64,000 nt of DNA from Chiloscyllium plagiosum (Eukaryota): assembly GCF_004010195.1 (NCBI RefSeq), contig NC_057719.1, positions 83,973,108 through 84,037,107 on the forward strand, written 5' to 3'. The translations under genes and the position numbers were made by a program. This document shows positions 52,878 through 64,000 of the stretch, one piece after another. The notes beneath the pieces were generated by a model that worked only from the letters and a program-made list of their open reading frames with translations, did not search any database and was not told the origin of the DNA. The stretch's first letter is position 1; each line of letters begins with the position of its first letter.

Positions 52878-53080
52878 GTAAGTTTTTCTTTAATGCAATG
52901 GTTGTGCTCTCTGTGTTTTGGAAAACTCACATTTTAGAAATGGCGTTTAGTGTTGGCGCTGTAATCGCATTATAGCCAACACGGTTTAAACGTTCGCGCT
53001 TTAGAATCAGCATCCCCAATTCATTAATCTCGTTACAGTGAATTCACATTGACAAAACACACATTATAATAGAATGATCT
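52878..53080. mobile_element. Possible Tc1/Tigger-like MITE
   Basis: Degenerate termini cag...ttct..taatg / cattataatagaatgatctg; CpG-retaining body. Confidence 0.3.
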
Positions 53081-54889
53081 GAAGATTCACACAGATGTTC
53101 CCTGGTTAACATGAGAGCAAAAATGTCAATGTTCTCCTTAGAGCAAGTGGCCAAATCCTGAAACAATTATAGATGTTTCAGATTGGGTGGAAGAATGCAA
53201 GGTGGGGAGGGGAGCTGGAAAGTCTAGAGCTAGGGGACATAAAGATTAGATGGAGATAGTTCAAGAAGTTAACTTTTTTTTCCAAACATATTGAGTCTTG
53301 AGGCTGTAGAATGCATGACCAAAATTATTAATTGAAGCAAAGACAATGTCAACATTTAACTGTTCATTAGGATATTCGATGGAAAGAAAAATTAAAGGAT
53401 GTGGAAACAGGTGAACAAATGGGATTAGGTCTAGAACCATATAAAGGATAAAAATCAAGGCTAGTTGAGCCTGTATCCAAGTTCTAAAATGTATGCAATT
53501 CTACACAAGACAGACACTTCACAGAATGATATATATCCTCTTACACTGGTTCAGCCAGTTGCCTGACAAAAAAATGACCTCCATGAGTCAACACACGACA
53601 GGCTCTTGAACCTGGGAGGTGGTGATGGGATAGCCATAGATGAACCTGGACTAATGCCACACTCTCCTGGAAAACAGATTGCAGTGACTCAGGGAAGGGC
53701 AACAAAACAGTTCGTGCAAGTCAGCAAAGAATGGGAACAACGAATCAATGCAATCACGTCTGTATCAAAACATGAATGTAGTGCTGGCAATTGTTTTTTG
53801 GTCAGTGAATCGATATTGTTTTATTGATATTCCAATTGGCATCTGAAAAATATTTTAAAAAGTGGAGCAGCAGCCAAGCAGATGGTAAAATCAGAAGCAG
53901 AAATCACATTGTCAGTATGCTTTCCATGCAGCTGTGGGACTCAAACTATATTGCATAACTTGAGGACAACAGCAGATGCATGCTCCATTTAGCCCCTGAC
54001 CAACAGGGTATGATCTTGCTACCTCCTGTTATTATAATCAAGCCCCTCAACCATGTTGCCCAAATTCACTTTTTGCTCCCCAGTCTGTGCAGCAGTATCT
54101 GTAGAGGTATCACTACTTCAGAACAGTTTCTGCGCCTACTCACCTTCTTTCCATCATCCTGGTATCCTCGACTGAGAAACAGCCATCAATAACAGCTCTG
54201 TTCGGGATGGGGGCCGGGGGGGGGGGGGGGCGCATTCCAGTATACTTGGCATAAAGAGGAGCTTTGTGATGTCAACTCTGAGCAGACTAGCTTTAATTTT
54301 ACAGTCATACCATCTCCCACTAAAGGAAGCAATTTCTCTCACTTGCTCTACCAAAAAAAGATGAAAATGGTTCAGTGGAATATTTATGCATTCTTAATTT
54401 TTTTGAAACCTCATTTATACAGCTTTGAAATTTCAGTTAGTTCACTCCTTATTCTACCAACAAGTTCCCTGCCACACCATTTTCTTTTAGTCTGCAGATG
54501 CAGAATCAAAAAAATTAGAATTCCAATGGCTGTTAAAACTTCTGGAGATTTTTACATGACAAGCATGTAAAGTGATTTCACCAAGTACCAACACTAAACG
54601 TGTATACTGCAAAGTCATATATTAATACCAGAAATTAGATGCTGAAGCAAATGGAAGCAACCTTCTCTGTTCCAGGGCGTTTCATTCCACATCAGACCAG
54701 ACTCCTTTTCTGGGTGTATTTATTTAACAACGTTACGCTCTTACAGTAAATTTACTTGCACACCAGGTGACTAAAGAGTCAAGTCAGCAGCAGACTCATG
54801 AATTGCATTCCATACTTTCCATCCACAATATCTCTTGATCCCACGTCTACATTGTATTGAGTTTGTTTAATCAGTGCAGAGGGTAACGT

Positions 54890-56700
54890 AGGAAAAGAAG
54901 TAGGTCATTCAGTCCGTCAGGCAGCCCGACAACTCATGGCCGAGCGACTATTTTAATACTTTTTACTCACCCCATCATCATAACCCTACATGCCATTGGT
55001 AATCAAATCTCTACCTGAAACATACTCAAAGACAGGAATTTCAAAAATCCTTTGTGGTAGAAAATTCCAGAGGTTCACAACCTTTCAAGTAAAATAATTT
55101 TACCAAAAGTCAGACCTAAGAGGCATCCCTCTTATTTTTAAGTTGCATCTCCTGTTTCAAGACTACCCAATCAGGGAAAACAATTTATCACCATTTACCC
55201 TGTCTATCCCTTTAGGTATTCTGTAAGTTTCAATGAGATCACCTCTCAGTCTTTGAAATATGACAGAATACAAGCCCAGCTTGCTCAACCTCTCTTTGTA
55301 GGACAGCCCCACCACCCTGGGAACAAGTCTGGTGAACCTTCATTGCACTCCTTCTATGGCAATAACATCTTTCCTGAGATAAGACAATCAAAATTGCACC
55401 CAGTCTAACCAACCTCCCATACATTTGAATCAAAAGTGTGGTGCTGGAAAAGCACAGCAGGTCAGGCAGCATCCAAGGAGCAGGAGAAATGTCAATTCTC
55501 CTGCTCCTTGGATGCTGCCTTACCTGCAGTGCTTTTCCAGCAGCACACTTTAGAGTCTGATCTGCAGCATCTACAGTCCTCATTTTCCCCATATATTTGA
55601 AGTAAGACTGCATTGCTCCTGTACTCAAATCCTCTTAGAACAAAGGCTAACATTCCATTAGCCTTCCTAATAGCTTGCTGCACATTCATGCTAGCCTTGA
55701 GTGATTTATCAACAAGGACACCTAAATCCTTTTGTACACTACCAACCTCTTTTCCAATCTCTTACCTTTTAAGAAATATACTGCACGTCTTATCCTCCTC
55801 ACAAAATGGATAATCTCACATTTTTCACATTATATTCCACCTGTCATATTCTTGCTCAATCACTACACCAGTCCAAATCTTCCTGAAACTACTTGCCCTC
55901 TTCCTCACAATACACATTCCTACTTATAGTTGCAAATATTACAATTGGTCCCAACCTTCAAATCATATTGGGCCCAAGGAATGACCCTTGCAGTACCCCA
56001 TTAGTCACAGCTTGCCAACGTGAGAATGACTCACTTATTTCTACTGTGTTTTCTGTCTGTTAGCTAATCATTAATTCATACCAGTACCTTATCTCCTAGC
56101 CTACATGTTTTAACTTTCCTAACCTGCCTCCTGTTGGGGAGGGTTGGGGTGGGGTTATCAAAAGCCTTCTGATAAGCTAAGTATACTGCATCCATTGGCT
56201 CTTCTTTATCAATTCTGTTCGCAACATCTTCAAAGAACATCCAACAAGTTCCTAAAGTACAATTTCACTTTCAATAAGACATGTTAACTATACCCATTCA
56301 GATCATTATCAACAAGGTGTCTAATAATCCCTATCTTGATAACAGATGCTGGCCCGTCCCCGATTACTGATGTATAGCTAACAAACATACATGCCCTGTT
56401 TTCTTTCTTGCTCCCTTCTGAGATAATAGAATGACATTTGGTACCTTTCAATTCACAAGAATTATTACAGAATCTACAGAATTTTGGAAGCTAATCACCA
56501 CTTCATAAATTATCCCTGTAGCCATCGCCTTCGACACTCTGAGATGAAGATTGTTAGGGCTGGGATTTATCAACATTCAGGCCTGTTAATTTCTCGGTAT
56601 ATTCTTTTTACTCGCGTTTTTCTTCAACTCCACATTCTTCGTAGCCACTTGGATGTTACTCCTGGGATAATTCTGCTATCTTCCTCACCGAAAACAGATA
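54890..56700 (-). mobile_element. Old CR1 LINE ORF2
   Basis: VQQAIRKANGMLAFVLRGFEYRSNAVLLQIY continues as GRLVR after the nested insertion; LAYQKAFD region. Confidence 0.75.
55430..55587. mobile_element. PLE-derived fold-back mini-element
   Basis: Arms meet at ggagaaatgtcaattctcc; TSD cccata(c/t)atttgaa at 55416-55429 and 55588-55601. Confidence 0.85.
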
Positions 56701-57359
56701 CACTTTGAAAATAAGACTCACAGAAATGAATCCAATTTTAGTTTGACTGAACTTATAATTATTGCAACAACATGCTAATCCTGCTCCTTATGGCTGTGCC
56801 TTGAGGGCAGAAGCCATTAGAACCATGAGTCTGCAATGCCTGTACCCAACTGTGTAAGAATTCGCAGAGGAGAGTTCATTCATGACCAGATTGGACAGGG
56901 CTTTGTATTTATTTTTAACTATCCCCATTAGGGAAGGGGTGGGGTGGGAGCAAAAGGTATTGAGCCATTAGAACGAGCCAGCCAAAAAGTCTGCTGAGAC
57001 TTGTGGAAGAGCCCAGATGGTGCAAAGCCAGTGCCAGAGGGAGGTTGAGAAGTCACACAATTCTATAAGGCAGTTCTATTCAGGAATTTCAGTAAATGTG
57101 CGTAATTTATCAATGTGTCCTACCTGATGGATTACCATCCAGTAATCTGAAATTACACCCTATTATTATAGCATTCTGAAGTGAAAGGTTAGTACAAAAC
57201 AAAAAGGATTAAACACTGGTCAGTAATGCAAACCATTAATTTAGAAAGAAAGACTCACAATTATACAATGGCGTTCATGACCATAGCGTATCCAAAGCTA
57301 CTTTATAGCCAAATAAACACTTCTGAAGTGCAGTCGCTATAACAGTGTTCAGTCTCTAG

Positions 57360-57860
57360 CTGTGCTTCAGTAGGTCGCATTCTCACCTTGGCATCAGAGG
57401 TCATGGATTCAAGCAGCAATCCACAGATGAGCACAAACTCTGACCAGACATTTCAGTGCAATTCTGAGAGAGTGCTGCATTGTCAGAGGCAGCGTCTTTT
57501 AGGTGAGATGTAAATAAGGTTCCCCCTGCCATTACAGGCAGATGTTAAATTTTCCATGACACAATTCCAAGAGGAGCACAGGAGTTCTCCCAGGTGTACT
57601 GGCTAATGTATATTACTCAACTAAAAAAAATACATAAGAAAAGCCAAGAGAACTGGGGATGCTGGAAATTGAGGAGGAAGGTCACTGAAGCCTAAACATT
57701 AACTCTAATTTCGCTCCATGGGCGTTGCCAGACCCTACTCAGTTTTTCCTGCAAGTTCTGCTTTTGTTAAAAAAAAATTATTTGGTTATTACCATATATT
57801 ACGTGGAACCAAATTAGCATTTTATATTATAACAATGTTACAAAGTATAATAATTACACT
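57360..57860 (+). mobile_element. Deu-domain SINE interrupted by a family-2 PLE fragment (~57635-57770)
   Basis: ctgagagagtgctgcattgtcagaggc...ggagttctcccaggtgtactggctaat; resumes at ttatttggttattacc. Confidence 0.6.
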
Positions 57861-60729
57861 TGTCAACCTGGATTTTAGGTCTCTGGGGTGGAACATGAAC
57901 TTGTGACGTTCGGATTCAGAAGCTACCATTAGGCCACAGGAACACTGTAGCCAGTGCACATCTCCCTTGCCTGAGAGAGAAAGTACAGCTATTGTCACAT
58001 TTATACACAAAACAGCCTCCCACAGACCTTTAACTGCTTAGAGGTTTGCCAAGTCTAGTTGGGTGCATTCCTGCAAGTCTCATCACTGGGCACTCCCACA
58101 TCACTTTATCCATTCTTATGTTCCCAACATTGGTCCATTCCAGGGACACTGCTATCCCTCGGCCAGCTGGAAAACCATCAGACTCTGCCATTGCATCTTA
58201 ACTGTTGCTAAGTACATCTTTTGTTTAAACGTCAATATTAAAGATTGATTCACTATTAAAGACTTGAAAATAAAAGTTTTATTTATTGTGCCTATGATTT
58301 TGCTTCTGCATGGTTTGCAGCACTCACACATAGTGACAACAGACCAATCCAGAAGCAGATATAATAGGGGCATTTAAAGGGCTTTCAGACAAGCACATGA
58401 ATGTGCAAGGAATGGAGGAATATGAACAAAAGGCAGGCAGAAGGGATTAGTTTAGTTTGGTGTCATGGTCGGCACAATATCATGGGCTGAAAGGCCTGTT
58501 CCTGTGTTGTACTGTTCTAATCAAAGAGGAATGGGAATCCTATGCTCCATAATCAAAATTTTTTTAACTAATTAATGGGATGTGGGTGCATAGGATTGTC
58601 TCTCATCCTTAACTGACCTGGAGAAGGTGGGAAGCTGTCTTCTTGAACTTCTGCAGTCCTTGGGGTATAGATACACCCATACTGCTGTTGGGAAGCAGCT
58701 TCTAGGATGCAGACCTGGTGACAGTGAGAGAGTAGTGAAATGGTTCCAATTCAGGAAGGCGCATGACTTAGAGTTATAGAGATGTACAGCACAAACAGAC
58801 CCTTTGGTCCAACTCGTCCATGCCGACCAGATATCCCAACCCAATCCAGTCCCACCTGCCAGCACCCGGCTCATATCCCTCTAAACCCTTCCGACTCATG
58901 TACCTGTTGGACCACAGAAGGTTATAGAGATTGGAAAAGATCTGGTTATGGAGGTTGAAGGGAAACTTTCAAATCCCATGCATTCACTGCCTCTATCCTT
59001 TCAGGTAGTAGAGTCTGTGGGTTTGGGAGGGACAATTGAGAGTGCCTGAGTGAGTTGCTACATCCATCTTGTAAATGGTATATGCTGATGCCACGGTACG
59101 TTGGTGGTGAAGGTAGCAAAAGGGGTGCCAATCAAATGGGATGCTTAGTCCTCAATGATGTCAGGCTTCTGAAGTGTATTTTTGTTAAAAAGTGTAGCCT
59201 CAAGTTTTAATGATCTTGAAGCGGGGTTGCATTAAGTGGATAGGGTATCATTTTAGGTTTCAAGTGCTCAATTCCCATAGGTGGTGCAGCCTGTCTGAGG
59301 CTTAGGCTTCTCCAGTTACTAGGCCGTGTGGCCTTACATCCATTAAATAAGGCACAAGCCCCTGGGGACATTCAGTTGCAGGGCAAGGACAACTGCTTTC
59401 TGTTGTTAATTTCAATGTTTTGCCCTTTTCTTGTTGTTACAAGAGTAAAATTCAGCCTCTTAACCTTTTGTTTAAAACATTTTCGTGAGGTGTAGACACC
59501 GGTGGAACGGCCAGACTTGTTTCTCACCCCTAACTGTCTCTGAAGTGGCCTAGCAGTTAAGAGTTAAGTACGTTGCTGTGAGTTTGAAGTGACATTCTGG
59601 CCAACTCAGGCAAGGACAGCAGATCATCTTCTCCAAAGTGAACCAAGCCGGTTCCACCATTCACAGCTGATCTGTACCTTGTCCATTTTCCAATCAGCAT
59701 GAGCAAACCAGATTGAGAACATCAACAAACTATTTGAACATGGGTATTGTCACCTTTAAAGCTGCTTTACCCAAAAGAATCCAAAAGGTGCAATCTACCT
59801 CTTTTTCTTATTGTACAGATTTTCTCTCACACAGACACACAGAGTTTAAATCCCCTTAGCTCTGGAGCTCTGAGACCAATTAACTCAGCACAGAGCAAGG
59901 ATCAAGCTGGGTAACATCTGGTTTGTACGACTCAGCGCTGTGCTAAGTGGTGGTTTCAGCCACTGGACAACCTGAAAACTGAGAAGCTCTTCTTTGACCT
60001 TGCATAATTGCATTATTGGAAGACAAAGATACAAGCTCCAATCTTTAAAGGGCCAACAGTGAGATCAAATTCCGATTTTAAACTTTGTCAATTTTATGTT
60101 TTTTTGCACATAGAACAAGCTTCGGCAAACTATTTCTGGACTACTTCCCTTCAGCAGACACAAAGTCTAGTCTTCCCTGAATCGTCTCTACTTCTACTCC
60201 CAAGTCATCCATTCATATCATTAACCTCCTGCCACACCTCAGGAAATGGGCCAGGTGTTTCATCTCTGCTAACAGGGATTCAGGGAACACCTCCTTTGCC
60301 AAACAGAGAATTCTGAACATGAACGTTTACTATAATCTTGGGCATGTGAAACAAAATTACATCTTAACACAGATAAAATGTACATCTCTATATTAATGGT
60401 AACATCACAGACAGTACTCTTTTAAAATGATGTGCTCTGCTTCTCATTATTCAACGTACCAAATTCTATACACATTTCCTCCCGTTTTCATTTCCACTAC
60501 GTTCAAATCAAGATACGTTGCACCATTTCCTATTCTTTTCTTATTTTTTCCTTTAAGTTTCAGAAAATTTCTCACCCAGCCTCCACAATCTTATAAAATA
60601 AAAATATGGCAATGTTTAATCTTCACTTAATTTAATCCAGCTGTCCTTCAACTGTCTTCCAAGAAACAGTAACACTCACTATGTCAAGGTCACCTGTTGC
60701 ATGCACAGCTCTAGGTCAATTCTGGAAAT

Positions 60730-61040
60730 CAAAGATTTCTTACAGTGTGGAAGCAGGCCATTTGGTCCATCCAGTGCACGCTGATCCTCTGAAGAGCAGC
60801 TGACCCAGACTGACCCCTCCGCCCCATCCCTGCAACCCTGCATTCCCTATGGCTAATCCACCTAGCCTGCACACCCGTGGACACTACAGGCAATTCTGCA
60901 TGGTCAATACGCCTAACCTTCACATCTTTGGACTGTGGGAGGAAACTGAAGCACCAGGAGAGAACCCACACAGACATGGGGAGCATGTGACACATAGGGT
61001 GGAACTGAACCTCAGGTCCCTGGTGCTGTGAGGCAGCAGT
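60730..61040 (-). mobile_element. V-SINE
   Basis: Reverse-complement match to V-SINE. Confidence 0.85.
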
Positions 61041-61382
61041 ACCTTGAGAGAGTCAAAATAGGAAGTTTCCCATTGAGCATTTTGCAGTTTCCTCCAATAC
61101 TGGTTTTGGCCCTTCCATTTTATTTTTCAGTTTAAATAATCATGGCCGCTGTCCCACGAGGCAGTATCAGTGCTACTTAATCGTCCTTAATCATGCTTTT
61201 TTCCCCACTCTTATGTTTTGAGGTTCAATGTTCTGAAAACAAAAACTTACATAGTCCAAATAAGATTTCTAGTTAACATATTGGACTATGTGGGGATACA
61301 AAAAGCACATGAGCAAAGTGGTTAATAGTCATCATTGTATGTTACATCATTTGGCGTTGAATGGTGATCGACAAATTAGTTA

Positions 61383-61549
61383 GGAGAAAGTGAGGACTGC
61401 AGATGCTGGAGATCAGAGTCGAGAGTGTGGTGCTGGAAAAGCGCAGCAGGTCAGGCATCATCCGAGGAGCAGGAGAATCGACGTTTCGAGCATGAGCCCT
61501 TCATCAGGGCTGACCTGCTGTGCTTTTCCAGCACCACACTATTGAATCT
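61383..61549. mobile_element. PLE-derived fold-back mini-element with canonical CTGATGA core
   Basis: Reverse complement of 61480-61507 = CTGATGAAGGGCTCATGCTCGAAACGTC; approximate TSD acaaatta(g/a)t at 61371-61380 and 61550-61559. Confidence 0.85.
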
Positions 61550-63728
61550 ACAAATTAATACAAAGCCAACAGAGCCAACTGGTCTGTGCCAGTGTTCACA
61601 TGAAATAGTTCTCACCCCTCTACATCTTTCCTTCTCCCTCCTGTGCTTATGTAGCTGCCCATACATTGAACCTATGCTATTCACCTTAATCGCTCCTGCG
61701 GGTAGCAAGTTCCACATTATCATCACCTCTGGTTAAATAGGTTTCTCTTGAATTCTTTCACATCTAACATTGAAAACATACAAACTTAAAGTACATTCTC
61801 AGAAATCTGCTGTACTATGACACACTACTGAGACAGAAAAGAAAGACTTGCACATAATCTGAGGTTTTGCCTGCGCTGAAATTTGTATTATTTCCTCACT
61901 CTAAAGAAAAACCCCAGACAGAAGGAAGAGCTGTCTGTTTTAACTGAGCACTGTCCAACTCACTCTCAAAAATACAGCACAGTAAAGAAAAAAGAAAGAC
62001 TTCTCAAAGAGTTCCACATATAATGAATTACTTTGAAATTCAGTGGCACACACAGAAGACAAAGCAATGAGGGCAGACGACTGCCTTCATCAAAAGCTAG
62101 CTGTGCCAGGAACAGTCTGTAAAAGCACTGAGCATGCCTGATAAGACCTGGCACCCACCAGCCTCTGCCGCAACAAAGGTTCCTTTCTTCATCCCTTTCT
62201 CTTGATCATTCATGCTGGATATATGGGCAAGCACTCTCTGCAAAGCTTGAGTAATCAATAGAGGTACCTGGATCGTTGAGCTACATTCCATTTGAGATGG
62301 CTGCACTCACTTTTTGCACCAAGGCCTGGCAAAACGTGGTAGGCTGCAAAAGATCCTTCAGGTAGCAAGTTACTACTTGCTTCAATCACAACAAAAAAAA
62401 AGGTTGTTGATACTGAAAACTCATATCCGATTTCTTCAAGAAAGAATGCAGAATCATAGAACATAGAAGAAGCTCATGCAATCCTCCATACCAGTGTTAG
62501 CTCTTTGAAAGAGCTTCCCGACTTGTGCCACGTCTCTGCTATTCCCTTGCAAATTTTTGAAAGGTTGCTTCTCAAAATTATGTCCACTCCCCTTTTGAAA
62601 GTTATTATTGAATCTGCTTCCATCACCCTTTCAGGCATGGCGTTGGAGGTCATAACAACTCAATTGAGCAAAAAAAAAACACTTTCCCTCTATTTGAAAT
62701 CTGTGTTGTGGTTACCAAACCTCCTGCCAGAAGAAAGAGTTTCTCTCCACTTGCTCTACCAAAACACATCCCAATTACGAACTCATTCGTCAAATCACCC
62801 TATAGTCTTATCTGATCTCGTGGGAACATCACAGCTTCTTTTGTCTCTCTCCACGGAAGTGATGCACTTTATTCAGAATAAAGGTAAGATGACCATAGAC
62901 CTACTGGACCATAGGGATGGTCTCCCATTAGAGAGGTGGTACTTTAATATGAGGATCACCATGTCTTGGGTTGAGAAGGTGGACCTTCATGGTAACCTCA
63001 GACAGTGTGGGAAATGAACCAATGCTGTTGGCTTCATTCTACATTGCAAAGCAGCTACCCAGCCATCCAGCCAACTGAGTGAACTGTCCCCGTCCCCACC
63101 CCCATCCCCATCCATGGTACCATTCCAATGGCACCATTCCAACACATTTCTTTTCCACCCCTTCTTCAAAGAGTACAGTGGCCTGGATTGGGCACAATGG
63201 ACTTAATCAGACTTAATTAGTGATTTGCAAAGGTTGAGCATGGCTTTTCTAATTTGAAAGAGTAACTAACACAAAGGTAAATGTTTTCAAAGCACATAGG
63301 GCTGGAGTGTCTGTAGGAATTGCCTGCAGAACACCCACAGAATCCACCAAGGAACCCTGGCATTTCCCCAGAGGTTTTATGAATCATTCACAATGACGAG
63401 GAGAAATCCCATGGAAATTCAACTCTTTAAACATTAGTCCAGAATGCAGGGAGACCCTCAAACGACAAAGGCTGTGCTGGAAATGAAGGAATGGCAAAGA
63501 TACTTAATATGCACTGGCAGCGAGTACTGTTGAAGCCCATGTGCATCCTCACTCCATGAACACTTTACGCAGATGGCAATCAGGATTAGCTGATGCCCAT
63601 GATCACACCATATTACAACCCCACTGCTGGCTTATAAGGCCAGCTCCAATGTCAAAAGTTATAACAGTATTGAACAGGATTGCGCTGTATTAATCAACGG
63701 AACTGTTAGGATTCAAGATTCAATTGTC

Positions 63729-64000
63729 TTAGATTAGATTAGATTAGATTACTTACAGTGTGGAAACAGGCCCTTCGGCCTGACAAGTCCACACCGCCCC
63801 GCCGAAGCGCAACCCACCCATTCCCCTACTTTAACATTACGGACAATTTAGCATGGCCAATTCACCTGACCTGCACATCTTTGGACTGTGGGAGAAAACC
63901 GGAGCACCCAGAGGAAACCCACGCAGACACGGGGAGAACGTACAAACTCCACACAGTCAGTTGCCTGAGGCGGGAATTGAACCCGGGTCTCTGGCGCTGT
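63729..64000 (-). mobile_element. Young V-SINE with (TTAGA)n tail, cut by the window end
   Basis: CpG-rich, close to consensus; ttagattagattagattagatta at the 3' end. Confidence 0.9.

Noticed and set aside
8498..61736. Recurrent peptides MCCWKSAAGQAASKEQENRRFG / MPETSILLLLGCCLTCCAFPATH as a small-protein family
   Set aside because: They are translations of the PLE terminal repeat on both strands of palindromes, with no coding evidence
62097..62464. Overlapping minus-strand ORFs with a GTGAGT donor
   Set aside because: Short, with no recognisable homology and an ambiguous acceptor
63729..63751. Telomere-like repeat
   Set aside because: The unit is TTAGA, not TTAGGG, and it is the tail of the adjacent V-SINE

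Overview
Repeat-dense vertebrate non-coding DNA. The repeat families (V-SINE/HE1-like tRNA SINEs, Deu-domain SINEs, many CR1 LINEs, Penelope-like elements) point to a cartilaginous fish, probably a shark (inference). There is one assembly gap (21979-22936). I cannot identify any intact host protein-coding gene, and almost all listed ORFs are repeat-derived or chance. Main observations: (1) a family of short fold-back (palindromic) insertions derived from the 3' end of a Penelope-like element (PLE). They carry a minimal hammerhead-ribozyme-like motif, have 14-15 bp target-site duplications (TSDs), and fold back at or next to the ribozyme motif. A ~3 kb parent PLE (RT + truncated GIY-YIG) is in the same window and itself contains one such insertion. 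(2) A 1.3 kb inversion with AGATC/GATCT microhomology that splits both a Gmr1-type Gypsy element and a CR1 LINE. (3) Several local post-insertion duplications. (4) A few weak minus-strand exon candidates. Boundaries of old repeats are approximate, and family names come from recognition by eye, not from database searches.
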